The notes: a model not told the origin generated them from the sequence alone. DNA of 64,000 nucleotides from an uncultured Candidatus Saccharibacteria bacterium (GCA_964479005.1 CAYZJA010000001.1:1-64000), one strand, 5' to 3'. Counted from the first letter of the stretch, positions 9,137 through 19,714 are shown. Made by a program: numbers and translations.

Positions 9137-12031
9137 TTATACTCCAAGTACCCTTTTTATTTCTTCCCATGAGGTAATTCCCTGTAAAACTTTAATAACA
9201 GCGCTGTTAATTAATTTTGAAAATTTTACTTTTGTAAGATCTTTTGTTTCTGAAGGCGGTATAAGTATTTCAAATATTCCTGATTGGCCTTTATATCCGG
9301 TAAATCCACATTGGGTACAACCTTGAGCTTGGTAAATCTTTGAAGGCTTCTTATATTCTGGGAAATATTTCAAAGATGGCTTAATAAATTTAGACATTTC
9401 CGATGGAATTTTTATTTCTTTTTTACAATGAGGGCAAAGGCAACGGATTAATCGTTGCGCAATAACAGTGTTAATGGCAGGCATCAATTCTTTTGAAGGA
9501 ATTTCTAAACTCTGTAAACGTGATAAAACGCCTAAAGCGTCATTTGTATGAATAGTGGACAGAACCAAATGTCCTGTTGTAGACGCCTGCCAGACTAATT
9601 TAGCTGTTTCTTTGTCCCTAATTTCTCCAATTAGGAAAATGTTAGGGTTTTGGCGAAGCAAACTGCGAAGGACTTTGGAGAAGGTATATCCTTTTTCCTC
9701 ATTAACTTGAGTTTGCATAATTCCAGACAAGCGATATTCAATAGGATCTTCAACAGTAATCACTTTTACATCTGGCTTGGCAAGTTTTTTAAGTATTGTA
9801 AATAAAGTTGTGGTTTTTCCCGAAGAAGTAGGTCCGGCAGCTAAAATTAATCCGACTTTTTTTTCTAATACTTTTTCTATTTCTTCTTCCTGTTTCTTTA
9901 AAAATCCCAAGTTTTCTAAATTTAATAAAGATTCTTCCCCGCCCAAGATTCTTAAGGAGGCGCTTTCTCCATATCCGCCTGGAATTATTGAGAGCCTGAG
10001 GTCAAAAGATTTATCAGGAAGAATAAGCCGGAATCTTCCTTCTTGAATTATCTGTGTTTCCTCTGTTTTTAAACCGCTGAGGGCTTTTAATTCATTGATT
10101 AATTTAGGGTGTTCGTTGATATCAAAAGAAACTAATTTATGGAGCACTCCGTCAATTCTTTCCCTAATTTCACTGTTTTTTTCTTCTGGTTCAAAGTGGA
10201 CATCTGTAGCTCGTGATTTTAATGCAGTAGCTAAAATAATGGCAATTTGTCTTTCAGAAGATTTATCTTTTAGTAATGGAGAAATTGATTTATTTTTTTG
10301 AAGCAATTTTTCTATTTTCTTCTCTTCTTTGCTGCTTACTTTTACGCCTCGAGTCAAAACTTGAGAAAACAATTCTTTATATAATTCCTGGATATAGGAA
10401 ATATCACCTGCCACTCTTATAACTTCTTCCAAAGAAGTAATCCCTTCAATAGTTTTTAATAAACCGTCATGAAAAAGAGGCACCATTCCTTCGTCAATGG
10501 CTTTTGATCTTATTTCATTTTGGTCAGCGTCGGATCTGATTGTTTTAATAATTCTTGGACTTATATTAAAGTATTCAAAAATTCCAATCTGGCTTTTATA
10601 TCCCAACCAATGACATTTTGCGCAACCTTTTGATTTATAAAGATAGGGAATATCTTTTGGTATTTTTACTTTGCTTTTTGGAGAAAGAATACTAAAAGCC
10701 TCAATTAATCTTTCTTCCATTTCAGAAGTTGGTTTGTATTTTTCTTTGCAATCAGGACAGAGGCGTCGAATTAATCTTTGCGCCACGACTAATTTAAGCG
10801 CATTTGGAAGCATTTGGGCGTCAGCGCCTAATTCAACCAGTCTGGCAATAGTGCCGCTGGCTTCATTGGTATGGAGTGTAGAAAAAACTAAATGCCCGGT
10901 TAAAGCAGCTTGTATAGCGGTTTTTACTGTTTCTTCATCTCTCATTTCGCCAATCATAAGGACATCAGGATCTTGCCGGAGAATTGATTTTAATCCATTA
11001 GCAAAACCATATTTTTTTGATGTCTGAGTTTGGTTTACACCAACAAGCCGATATTCAATTGGATCTTCAATCGTGATAATTTTTACTCCCGGGGAAATCT
11101 TCTTTTTTAAAAAAGCGTATAAAGTAGTTGTTTTTCCCGAGCCTGTAGGTCCTGTGATTAAAATCATTCCATTTGGCGCTGATAAAGAATGGTTAAAAAC
11201 ATCTATACTTTTTTGTCCAATACCCAAATCTTTTAAACCAAAAGCGGCTCGTTTGGGGTTTAAGAGCCTAAATACTAAAAATTCTCCATGAGGACCTGGC
11301 AAGCTGGAAGCGCGAACATCAATAAAATTTTTATTATTTTGGATAGTAAATCTGCCATTTTGGGAAACATTTTCAATATTTAATTTTAAGCCAGACAAAA
11401 GCTTTAATCTTTGGTTAATGCCGCGGTGTTTCTTTTTTTCTATTTCAGAAACATCATATAAGACACCGTCCACACGAAAACGAACAAGAGCGCAGTCTTC
11501 CTGCGGTTCAATATGAATGTCAGAGGCGTCTATTTCAACAGCTGATTTTAAAATAAGAGAGACCAATAATGTGACTTCTTCTGTGGGAAGGGGTAAAAGT
11601 TCTTGATGAAGATCGGAAAATGCTATGGATTTAGCGCTAGTTACATCTATAAAATTTGACAATTCTTTTTGATGCTCATGGACAAAAGCATAATTTTTCC
11701 ATGCCCAATTAAGGCTTTCCTCAGTAACAACAAAAACGGCAACCTTATATCTTTCTTTTTTAATTTCTTCAATTGTTTTTATTGTTTCAGTATTAAAAGG
11801 GTCTAAAACAGCTAATTTAATTTGATTTCCTATTTTTTGGAAAGCAATAATATTAGTTTTTCTTGCTTTTTCTTCTGGAATTATAGAAAGAGCGCTTGTT
11901 TCAATTGGCGCTTTTCTTAAGTCAACATAAAGAAAATTGTGTTTTTCAGCCAGCCTCTGCGCTTCTCTTTCTTTTGATTCTTGCCAAAGAGCTTTAATTT
12001 TTTCCTCTCTTTTTTTGGCGAAGTCATTCAT
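9137..12031 (-). CDS. pilB: Type IV pilus/T2SS assembly ATPase (GspE/PilB family), complete intragenic tandem duplication with two full ATPase modules
   Basis: GspE_N-like N-terminus. Module 1: Walker A GPTGSGKTT, Walker B DPDVLMIGEMRD, His box TGHLVFSTLHTN, tetracysteine CPDC...CAKC. Module 2: GPTSSGKTT, NPNIFLIGEIRD, TGHLVLSTIHTN, CPHC...CTQC. Confidence 0.85.
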   Translation of the reverse strand: MNDFAKKREEKIKALWQESKEREAQRLAEKHNFLYVDLRKAPIETSALSIIPEEKARKTNIIAFQKIGNQIKLAVLDPFNTETIKTIEEIKKERYKVAVFVVTEESLNWAWKNYAFVHEHQKELSNFIDVTSAKSIAFSDLHQELLPLPTEEVTLLVSLILKSAVEIDASDIHIEPQEDCALVRFRVDGVLYDVSEIEKKKHRGINQRLKLLSGLKLNIENVSQNGRFTIQNNKNFIDVRASSLPGPHGEFLVFRLLNPKRAAFGLKDLGIGQKSIDVFNHSLSAPNGMILITGPTGSGKTTTLYAFLKKKISPGVKIITIEDPIEYRLVGVNQTQTSKKYGFANGLKSILRQDPDVLMIGEMRDEETVKTAIQAALTGHLVFSTLHTNEASGTIARLVELGADAQMLPNALKLVVAQRLIRRLCPDCKEKYKPTSEMEERLIEAFSILSPKSKVKIPKDIPYLYKSKGCAKCHWLGYKSQIGIFEYFNISPRIIKTIRSDADQNEIRSKAIDEGMVPLFHDGLLKTIEGITSLEEVIRVAGDISYIQELYKELFSQVLTRGVKVSSKEEKKIEKLLQKNKSISPLLKDKSSERQIAIILATALKSRATDVHFEPEEKNSEIRERIDGVLHKLVSFDINEHPKLINELKALSGLKTEETQIIQEGRFRLILPDKSFDLRLSIIPGGYGESASLRILGGEESLLNLENLGFLKKQEEEIEKVLEKKVGLILAAGPTSSGKTTTLFTILKKLAKPDVKVITVEDPIEYRLSGIMQTQVNEEKGYTFSKVLRSLLRQNPNIFLIGEIRDKETAKLVWQASTTGHLVLSTIHTNDALGVLSRLQSLEIPSKELMPAINTVIAQRLIRCLCPHCKKEIKIPSEMSKFIKPSLKYFPEYKKPSKIYQAQGCTQCGFTGYKGQSGIFEILIPPSETKDLTKVKFSKLINSAVIKVLQGITSWEEIKRVLGV

Positions 12032-12100
12032 AGAGATTACATTATTAATAATAATTTATTATACCATAAAGTATATGCTATAATAAGAATAATCAAAAAG

Positions 12101-12556
12101 ATGAAGATAAAAGTTATTAGCGAAAGCCCAAAAGAAACGCAAAAAATTGCCTCTTTTTTTATGCAGGCTGTTTTAATGAGATATATCCCAAAACGAAAGG
12201 GTTTAGTTATCTCTTTAGAAGGTCCTTTAGGCGGAGGTAAAACCGAGTTTCTTAAAGGAATAGCAAAGTTTTTAAAGCTTAAGGAAAAACTTTTTAGCCC
12301 TACTTTTTTGATTATGAAAAGTTTTCCTTGCAAAACTCGTTTTTTTAAAACATTATGGCATTTAGATTGTTATCGAATTGAAAAACCCAAAGAAATTAAA
12401 GAATTGGATTTTTCAGGAATTATTAAAAATCCGCAGAATTTAATTTTTATTGAATGGGGGGATAAGATTAAAAGAATTCTTCCCAAAGGTCATTTGAAAA
12501 TAAAATTTAAAATAACAGGAGAAAATACAAGAATATTGGAATTTCATCTACCATGA
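12101..12556 (+). CDS. tsaE: tRNA threonylcarbamoyladenosine biosynthesis protein TsaE (YjeE-like P-loop ATPase)
   Basis: EGPLGGGKTEFLKGIAK Walker A typical of TsaE. Start placed at the internal ATG at 12101 because the longer ORF (11981) would overlap pilB on the opposite strand. Confidence 0.7.
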   Translation: MKIKVISESPKETQKIASFFMQAVLMRYIPKRKGLVISLEGPLGGGKTEFLKGIAKFLKLKEKLFSPTFLIMKSFPCKTRFFKTLWHLDCYRIEKPKEIKELDFSGIIKNPQNLIFIEWGDKIKRILPKGHLKIKFKITGENTRILEFHLP

Positions 12557-15144
12557 AAAAGTTAGTTGTTATTGATTCTTATGCTCTAATACATCGTTCT
12601 TATCACGCTCTTCCTCCCTTAACTTCACCAAAGGGTGTTTTAGTTAATGGCGTTTATGGGTTTATGCTGTTCTTTTTGAAGATGATTAATGATTTGAAAC
12701 CAGATTATATTGTGGCGACTTTTGATATGGCAGCTCCGACTTTCCGCCATAAAGAATATAAAAAATATAAAGCTAAAAGGATAAAAATGCCGGATAATTT
12801 TTATGAACAGATTCAAATAGTGAAAAATCTTTTACAAGTTTTTAATGTTCCGATTTTGGAAAAAGAAGGTTATGAAGCCGATGATATTATTGGAACTATA
12901 ACTGAGAAATTGAAAAATAAAGACGTTAAATCTTTTATTGTTACAGGAGATTTGGATACACTGCAATTGATTAGTGACAAAGTGTTTGTTTATACGCTCC
13001 GTCGGGGTATTCAAGATCAAGTAATTTATGACAGAGAAAAAGTTTTTGAGAGATTTGAATTAAAGCCAGAGCAATTAATAGATTGGAAGGCGTTAAGAGG
13101 CGATCCCTCAGATAATGTTCCTGGAGTGCCTTCAATTGGTGAAAAAACAGTAAGTACATTAATAAAAGAATTCGGAACATTGGATAATCTTTATAAAAAG
13201 ATAAAAGATGGAGAAAAAATTAAAGTTTCCCCGAGAATTTTGGAAAAATTAAAGAATTATGAAGACCAGGCTTATTTTAGCCGTCATTTGGTAACAATTC
13301 AGAAAGACATAAAAATAAAATTTGATTTAGAGAAAGCCAAACTTAATCCTCCCCCAAAAGATAAATTAGTTTCTTTGTTAAGCGAATTGGGCTTCAGAAG
13401 TTTAATTTCAAAGATATTTGACCCTGAAGAAAATATTTCTCCTGCAGAAAAGATTTCTTTGAATATTATTAATACCTCTTCAGACATAAAAAAACTGAAA
13501 CAAAAAATGAATCAGGAACAAACAATCGGATTACTTTTAGATTTTAAAGGTGAAAAATTTGGACAGAGAGAAATTAATGGGATTGGGTTTAGTTTTATAG
13601 ATAATACTTTGTTTTATATTCCAAATCACCAATTTGTTGATTTTTTTAAGGAACAATTGGACTGGTCTCAAAAGAATTTAATAAGTTATGACGCTAAGGT
13701 TATTTTAGAGGAAATTGAAGAGTTTTCCGGTTGTTTATTTGAAGATATAAAAATATTAGTATGGTTATTAGATTCGGAAAGAAAAAATTATAAATTTTCT
13801 TCTATTGCGAAATTTTTTCTCGGGCAGGAAATTGACGATTCTTTTGCAGATTCTTTGTCTAAGCTGATTCCATTATGGGAAATTATTAAAAATAAAATAA
13901 CGGCATTGGAATTAGAAAATGTTTGGGAGACAGAAGAAAAACCTCTGATTCCCGTGATTTCTTTAATGGAAAAACATGGTATTTTAATAGATAAAAATTG
14001 GTTGGAAAAATTAACCAAACGAGCGGAAAAAGAAATAAATATTTTAGAAAAGAAAATTTATAAATTATCCGGAAAAGAATTTAATATCAGTTCTCCAAAG
14101 CAGTTGGCAGAAATTTTATTTGAAGACTTAAAAATTTCCTCATCAGACTTAAAAAAGACCACTACCAAGAAAATTTCTACTAATGCCAATGAGTTATTAA
14201 AGATTAGAAGCAGCCACCCAATTATTCCTTTAATTATTGAATATCGTGGAATAAAAAAATTAAAGAATTCTTTTCTTGATACGCTTCCCTCGTTTATTAA
14301 TCCAAAAACAAACAGGATTCATACAATTTGGAAACAAACAGGAACAGCTACAGGGCGCTTATCATCAGAAAAACCTAATTTACAAAATATTCCCCAAAAA
14401 GGCGATTGGGGAACACAAATTAGGAAAGCTTTTATTTCTGAAGAATTCTTTTCTTTAGTTTCATTAGATTATTCCCAGATAGAACTAAGATTGGCAGCTC
14501 ATCTTTCCGGGGATATTAAAATGATTGAGGTGTTTAATCAAGACAAAGATATTCATAAAATCACGGCTGCTTATATTCATAATATTTCTGATGAACAAGT
14601 TACTCCCTCTATGAGACAAAAGGCAAAGATTTTGAATTTTGGGATTATTTACGGAATGGGCAATAAAACATTTGCTCAGGAAGCAGGTATTTCTTTGGAT
14701 GAAGCCAAGGGCTTTAGGGAAAAATATTTTTCTAATTTTTCAGGCCTTAAAAATTATCTTGATTTTTCTCTAGAAAATGCCAAAAAATTGGGTTATGCAG
14801 AGACGATTTTCGGCAGAAAGAGGTTTCTTCCATTGCTAGGTGGTTTTGGGCGTATAGCTCGTGGACAAGAAAGGATTGCTCTTAATATGCCTATTCAGGG
14901 ATTAGCTGCGGATATTATAAAAATAGCAATGATAAAGATTCAAGAACTTATTAAGAACAAGCATATAGAAGATGAGATAAAAACTTTAATTCAGATTCAT
15001 GATGAATTGATACTGGAGGTAAAATCTGAGATAATAAAAGAAATAGCTCCACTTTTCAAAAATATAATGGAAAACGCGGTTAAATTAAAAGTGCCTTTAA
15101 AAGCAGATATAAGAACTGGAGATAAATGGGGGGAAATGAAATAA
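12553..15144 (+). CDS. polA: DNA polymerase I
   Basis: N-terminal 5'-3' exonuclease (FEN) region. Pol motifs DYSQIELR (A), KILNFGIIYGMG (B), QIHDELILEV (C). ATGA overlap with tsaE. Confidence 0.9.
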   Translation: MKKLVVIDSYALIHRSYHALPPLTSPKGVLVNGVYGFMLFFLKMINDLKPDYIVATFDMAAPTFRHKEYKKYKAKRIKMPDNFYEQIQIVKNLLQVFNVPILEKEGYEADDIIGTITEKLKNKDVKSFIVTGDLDTLQLISDKVFVYTLRRGIQDQVIYDREKVFERFELKPEQLIDWKALRGDPSDNVPGVPSIGEKTVSTLIKEFGTLDNLYKKIKDGEKIKVSPRILEKLKNYEDQAYFSRHLVTIQKDIKIKFDLEKAKLNPPPKDKLVSLLSELGFRSLISKIFDPEENISPAEKISLNIINTSSDIKKLKQKMNQEQTIGLLLDFKGEKFGQREINGIGFSFIDNTLFYIPNHQFVDFFKEQLDWSQKNLISYDAKVILEEIEEFSGCLFEDIKILVWLLDSERKNYKFSSIAKFFLGQEIDDSFADSLSKLIPLWEIIKNKITALELENVWETEEKPLIPVISLMEKHGILIDKNWLEKLTKRAEKEINILEKKIYKLSGKEFNISSPKQLAEILFEDLKISSSDLKKTTTKKISTNANELLKIRSSHPIIPLIIEYRGIKKLKNSFLDTLPSFINPKTNRIHTIWKQTGTATGRLSSEKPNLQNIPQKGDWGTQIRKAFISEEFFSLVSLDYSQIELRLAAHLSGDIKMIEVFNQDKDIHKITAAYIHNISDEQVTPSMRQKAKILNFGIIYGMGNKTFAQEAGISLDEAKGFREKYFSNFSGLKNYLDFSLENAKKLGYAETIFGRKRFLPLLGGFGRIARGQERIALNMPIQGLAADIIKIAMIKIQELIKNKHIEDEIKTLIQIHDELILEVKSEIIKEIAPLFKNIMENAVKLKVPLKADIRTGDKWGEMK

Positions 15145-15154
15145 TTTTGTATAT

Positions 15155-16471
15155 ATGTTTAACTTTTTTCAAAACCTAAAAAAACATTCTTCTTCGCCGC
15201 AATTATTGCCTTTTTGGTTTTTGGGCGGTTTGATTGTAGCGCAGATTGTTTTCAATGTGCTTTGGATTATTTGGCCCTTAAATTGGCTTATTAATATTGC
15301 CCTGATAATTTTTTATTTAATAATAACAGTTATTCTTTTAGGCGCGGTTGATACAGCTAGCCGTTTGGATTTAGAAAGAAATCAGATAAACGCAATGATA
15401 GGCAGTATTAATGATCCTGCTATTTCTTATACTGAGAATTTTGAGATTATTTTGATTAATAAAGCTATGGAGAAATTTCTTGGTATATCAAAAAAGGAGC
15501 TTTTGGGAAAAAATATTACACCTGAATTAAGTAACGACGTTCGTTATGGGCTTTTGTCTAAATTAATTTTTCCAAGTTTAGCTCCAGTTGTTTTGGAAAA
15601 ATCCACAGATACTTATCCAGCAAAAATAAAAGTAAAATTTTATCAGCCAAAAGAACTTATTTTAGAAATAATAACGACTAAAGTTATGGATGAAAAAGGA
15701 AAAACCTATGGGTTTTTGAGGATAATTCATGATTTAACCAAAGAGGAAGTATTAAAAAAAACCCAATCTGATTTTATTACGATAGTGGCTCACCAATTGC
15801 GAACTCCTCTTTCTGGCTTATCATGGATATTAGAAATTCTTGCCAAAAAGGAAATGGGTTCTTTAACATCAGAGCAGGAAAAACTTATAGATGATGGAAG
15901 AAAAGCAATGAAAGAAAGTTTAAAAACCGTGGAAGATCTTTTGAATGTTGCGCAGATTGAAGAAGGGCGGTTTGGTTTTCAATTTTCTATGGCAGACATA
16001 GAAAAAATTATAGAGAATGTTTTAATCAAATTTGAACCAGTGGCAAATATGGATGATGTTAAGTTAGTTTTTCACAGGCCAGAATTTCCACTCAAGCCAT
16101 TTGTAATGGATCCATTGCGAATTAAATTGGTTTTGGAAATCTTGGTTGATAACGCGATTAAGTATAATGTAAAAAATGGGGATGTTAGAATAAGAATAGA
16201 TCCTTTTGAAGGAAAGCCGTTTATACTTATTTCAGTTGAGGATACAGGCACTGGGATTTCCAGGGAAGATTTATCAAGATTATTCACTAAGTTTTTCAGA
16301 TCCAAGGCGGCGTTAAAAGGACAAACAAGCGGAATCGGATTAGGTTTGTATTTAGCCAAGAATATGATTGATAGGCACGGAGGAAAGATTTGGGCTAAAT
16401 CTGCAATAGGCAGAGGTTCTATTTTTACCTTTTCCTTGCCAATAGACCCTGACTACATACCATCGCAATAA
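15155..16471 (+). CDS. Sensor histidine kinase (2 TM helices, PAS-like region, HisKA, HATPase_c)
   Basis: H-box HQLRTPLSGL. N/G boxes VDNAIKYN...GTGIS...GIGLGLYLAK. No response regulator adjacent. Confidence 0.85.
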   Translation: MFNFFQNLKKHSSSPQLLPFWFLGGLIVAQIVFNVLWIIWPLNWLINIALIIFYLIITVILLGAVDTASRLDLERNQINAMIGSINDPAISYTENFEIILINKAMEKFLGISKKELLGKNITPELSNDVRYGLLSKLIFPSLAPVVLEKSTDTYPAKIKVKFYQPKELILEIITTKVMDEKGKTYGFLRIIHDLTKEEVLKKTQSDFITIVAHQLRTPLSGLSWILEILAKKEMGSLTSEQEKLIDDGRKAMKESLKTVEDLLNVAQIEEGRFGFQFSMADIEKIIENVLIKFEPVANMDDVKLVFHRPEFPLKPFVMDPLRIKLVLEILVDNAIKYNVKNGDVRIRIDPFEGKPFILISVEDTGTGISREDLSRLFTKFFRSKAALKGQTSGIGLGLYLAKNMIDRHGGKIWAKSAIGRGSIFTFSLPIDPDYIPSQ

Positions 16472-16473
16472 TT

Positions 16474-17415
16474 ATGTTGTATTTTATTTTTGGGGAAGAT
16501 AATTTTCGTTCGCATAAATATTTTTTTGAAGTAAGGAATTTTTACAAAGACAAAGGCGCCTCATTTTTTTCGTGTGATTTTTCAAATAAACTTTCTGCTT
16601 CGCTCGATATTTCCGCATTAGAGGATATATTTAAAAGTAATACTTTATTTTCTGGTAGTAAATTGGTGGCAATAAAGAATTTGTTTAAAAATACCAATAT
16701 TGAATTTCGAAAAGAATTGTTAGCTGTTTTAAAGAACAGAAAAATAGACGAAGCTAAAGATATAATGGTCATATTTTATGAGGACAATACTGTTCGCAGT
16801 AGTTCTTTACGGAAATGGTTGGAACAAAAAGCTAAAGGAGTAAAAGAATTTTCATTATTAAAGAGAAAAGGATTAGAGCGCTGGGTAATAGAAGAAGAGC
16901 AAAAAATGGGTTTAAAACTAACTCCTGAAGGCCGCCAGTCAATATTAATAAGTTTTCCTTCTGACACAGGTTCAATTTATTATTCTTTAGAAAAATTAGC
17001 TTTGATAAAAAAAGGCTTGATTAGTAAAGAATTAATAGAAGAAAATCTGTTTTTACCTTTAAACAGTAATATTTTTTCTTTTTTGGATAATTTAGTTGAG
17101 GGTAATATGAAAAGAGCCTTTTGGTTTTTAGAAACATTAATGAATCAGGGGATACATCCTTTATATATTTTAAAAATGATTATTTTTCAATTTCGCAATC
17201 TTTTGATAATAAAAAGCTTACAAATAAAACCGCCCTCAATGCACCCTTATGTTTTTCAGAAATTACATCCTTTGGCAAAAATTATTCCCTTGGAGACGCT
17301 CAAATCCATATTTCAACGCCTTCTTTATTATGACAGAAAAATAAAGAGAGGAGTTATTGACGGGCAAGTTGCTTTAGAGATGTTTTTGGTTGATTTTTCC
17401 AAGCAAAAATGTTAA
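16474..17415 (+). CDS. holA: DNA polymerase III delta subunit (HolA-like)
   Basis: N-terminal LYFIFGEDNF pattern, size, and a C-terminal helical domain. Divergent. Confidence 0.55.
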   Translation: MLYFIFGEDNFRSHKYFFEVRNFYKDKGASFFSCDFSNKLSASLDISALEDIFKSNTLFSGSKLVAIKNLFKNTNIEFRKELLAVLKNRKIDEAKDIMVIFYEDNTVRSSSLRKWLEQKAKGVKEFSLLKRKGLERWVIEEEQKMGLKLTPEGRQSILISFPSDTGSIYYSLEKLALIKKGLISKELIEENLFLPLNSNIFSFLDNLVEGNMKRAFWFLETLMNQGIHPLYILKMIIFQFRNLLIIKSLQIKPPSMHPYVFQKLHPLAKIIPLETLKSIFQRLLYYDRKIKRGVIDGQVALEMFLVDFSKQKC

Positions 17416-17444
17416 ATTAAACCACAATAAAAATTTATTCTATT

Positions 17445-17705
17445 ATGCCTATTACAAGTTCAGCAAAAAGAGCTCTTAGAGAGAGCTCTAAAAAAAGAAA
17501 AGCCAATTTACAGAAAAGAATTGTTTTAAAAAAAACAAAGAAAGACCTTTTAAAACTTATTGAGGATGGTAAAATCGAAGAGGCTAAAAAAATGCTCCCA
17601 AAAGCATATAAGCTTTTAGATAAAGCTGCAAAAGTGAATTTGATAAAGAAAAATAAAGCAGCGAGAGATAAATCTAGATTAGCAAAGAAAGTGATTAAGA
17701 AGTAA
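17445..17705 (+). CDS. rpsT: 30S ribosomal protein S20
   Basis: MPITSSAKRALRESSKKRKANLQKR... basic, typical S20 start and length. Confidence 0.85.
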   Translation: MPITSSAKRALRESSKKRKANLQKRIVLKKTKKDLLKLIEDGKIEEAKKMLPKAYKLLDKAAKVNLIKKNKAARDKSRLAKKVIKK

Positions 17706-17806
17706 TTTTTAATTTGATAAATTATACATAGACGGCCAGGACATTATCTTGGCTGTTTTTATTACTGATTGTTTTGTTCAATGTTTTCTAGTAAAATATT
17801 ATTATA

Positions 17807-18271
17807 ATGAGTTATAAATATAAAGTTTTGCCTCATCCAGCAGATATTAGATTAGAAATAACAGCCTCTTGCAAAGAGGATCTTTTTAAAGGAGCTTTAG
17901 AAGGAATGGCTTATATTATTCAGCCAAATGTTTCTCAAAAAAGTATTTTGAAGAAAGAACAAATAGAAATTCATTCCCTTGATATTAATGCTCTCTTAGT
18001 AGATTTTTTAAATGAAGTTTTAGCAAAATCAGATATTTATAATTCTGTTTTTGATAATATAAAAATAGAAAAATTAACGGATAATTATTTCGAGCGAAGT
18101 AAGAAACAAGGTTCTGGAGCGAAGCGAACAGCTTCTTATATAAAAGGAATAATAGAAGGCAGAAATGTAAAAGAATTTTCTAAAGAAATAAAAGCCGCAA
18201 CTTATCATCAATTAAATATCAATCAAGATAAAAATGGTAATTGGAAGGCAATAATTCTTTTTGACATCTAA
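17807..18271 (+). CDS. Archease (RtcB activator)
   Basis: ADIRLEITASCKEDLFKGALEGMAYII archease N-terminal signature. Immediately upstream of rtcB. Confidence 0.75.
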   Translation: MSYKYKVLPHPADIRLEITASCKEDLFKGALEGMAYIIQPNVSQKSILKKEQIEIHSLDINALLVDFLNEVLAKSDIYNSVFDNIKIEKLTDNYFERSKKQGSGAKRTASYIKGIIEGRNVKEFSKEIKAATYHQLNINQDKNGNWKAIILFDI

Positions 18272-18276
18272 ATTTT

Positions 18277-19677
18277 ATGTTTAATAAATCTGATTTAATT
18301 AAAATAAACGATTATCTTTGGGAAATCCCAAAATCTTTTAGAAAAGATATGCTGGTTCCAGCGAGGATTTATATTACTGAAAAAATGCTAGATGAGGTAG
18401 TAAAAGATAGGAGTTTAAATCAATTGGTTAATTTAACTACCCTTCCTGGAATTGTAAAATATTCTTTAGCTATGCCGGATATCCATGAAGGGTACGGAGC
18501 ACCAATTGGCGGAGTTTTTGCCACAAAACTACCTGATGGCATAATTTCTCCCGGCTCGGTGGGCTACGATATCAACTGTGGAGTTAGATTATTAAAATCA
18601 AAACACACTGAAAAAGAAATCAGGCCCTATTTAGAAAAATTGATAGAAGAAATTTTTCATACTATTCCTTCTGGTCTTGGAAAAGGGGGAAAGTTTAAAT
18701 TAAATATTCCTGAAATGGACAGGACTTTAGAAAAAGGAATGAAGTACTTAAAGGAAAAAGGATATGCTACAGAAAAGGATATTGAATATTGTGAGTCAGG
18801 AGGATGTTTAAAAGCAGATCCTTGTTTTGTATCTGATTTGGCCAAAAAAAGAGGACGGAACCAAGTAGGAACTCTCGGATCCGGCAATCATTTCGTGGAA
18901 GTTCAGGAAGTAACTGAGGTATATGAAGAAAAATCAGCTGAGGAATTGGGTCTTAGAAAAGGGCAAGTAGTAGTTCTTATCCATACTGGTTCTCGCGGTT
19001 TAGGTCATCAAGTGGCAACAGATTATATTCGTCTTTTTATGCGAGCAATGGATAAATATAATATTTCTCTTCCTGATAGAGAATTAGCGGCAATTCCTTT
19101 TTCTACTCCCGAAGGAAAAAAATATTTCCTGGCAATGGGAGCAGCAGCCAATTTTGCCTGGTCTAATCGTCAAATGATTACTTATTTAATTAGAAATGCT
19201 TGGAAAAAAGTTCTGGGAACAAAAGAAGAATCAATAGACTTAGTTTATGATGTGGCGCACAATATTGCCAAAATAGAAGAACATGAGATAGACGAAAAGA
19301 AAATGAAATTAATTGTCCATAGGAAAGGAGCAACTCGGGCTTTTCCTAATCAGCCAGTCTTAATTCCCGGCACAATGGGAACAGCTTCTTATGTTTTAGT
19401 TGGTACTGAAAAATCAAAAGAAGCTTTTTATACTGTTTGTCATGGCGCTGGAAGGGCAATGTCCCGTCATGAAGCAAAAAGAAAAACAAGCGGCAGAGAA
19501 GTTTTACAACAACTTGCTAAAAAAGGTATAATAGTTAAGTCAGGTTCTCTTTCTGATTTGGCTGAAGAAGCCCCTTTGGCATATAAAGATGTTGATGAAG
19601 TAGTAGAAGTAGTTCATCAAGCTGGGTTAGCTAAAAAAATAGTTCAATTAAAACCTTTAGCAGTTATAAAAGGATAG
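18277..19677 (+). CDS. rtcB: RNA-splicing ligase RtcB (3'-phosphate/5'-OH RNA ligase)
   Basis: HEGYGAPIGGVFAT, GYDINCGVRL, GSGNHFVEVQ, HNIAK and CHGAGR metal/GMP-binding motifs. Confidence 0.9.
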   Translation: MFNKSDLIKINDYLWEIPKSFRKDMLVPARIYITEKMLDEVVKDRSLNQLVNLTTLPGIVKYSLAMPDIHEGYGAPIGGVFATKLPDGIISPGSVGYDINCGVRLLKSKHTEKEIRPYLEKLIEEIFHTIPSGLGKGGKFKLNIPEMDRTLEKGMKYLKEKGYATEKDIEYCESGGCLKADPCFVSDLAKKRGRNQVGTLGSGNHFVEVQEVTEVYEEKSAEELGLRKGQVVVLIHTGSRGLGHQVATDYIRLFMRAMDKYNISLPDRELAAIPFSTPEGKKYFLAMGAAANFAWSNRQMITYLIRNAWKKVLGTKEESIDLVYDVAHNIAKIEEHEIDEKKMKLIVHRKGATRAFPNQPVLIPGTMGTASYVLVGTEKSKEAFYTVCHGAGRAMSRHEAKRKTSGREVLQQLAKKGIIVKSGSLSDLAEEAPLAYKDVDEVVEVVHQAGLAKKIVQLKPLAVIKG

Positions 19678-19714
19678 AGGTAAAAAAGGTCGAAAAATTA
19701 ATTATTTAATTATT

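Noticed and set aside
9777-11291. Plus-strand ORFs 9777-10046, 10095-10301, 10671-11027 and 11073-11291 inside pilB
   Set aside because: They are antisense to a long, motif-rich CDS and are low-complexity translations with no motifs.
11981-12100. N-terminal 40 codons of ORF 11981-12556 (MPKSFNFFLSFF...)
   Set aside because: This extension would overlap the pilB start on the opposite strand. The conserved TsaE sequence begins at the internal ATG at 12101, so the extension is treated as an artefact.
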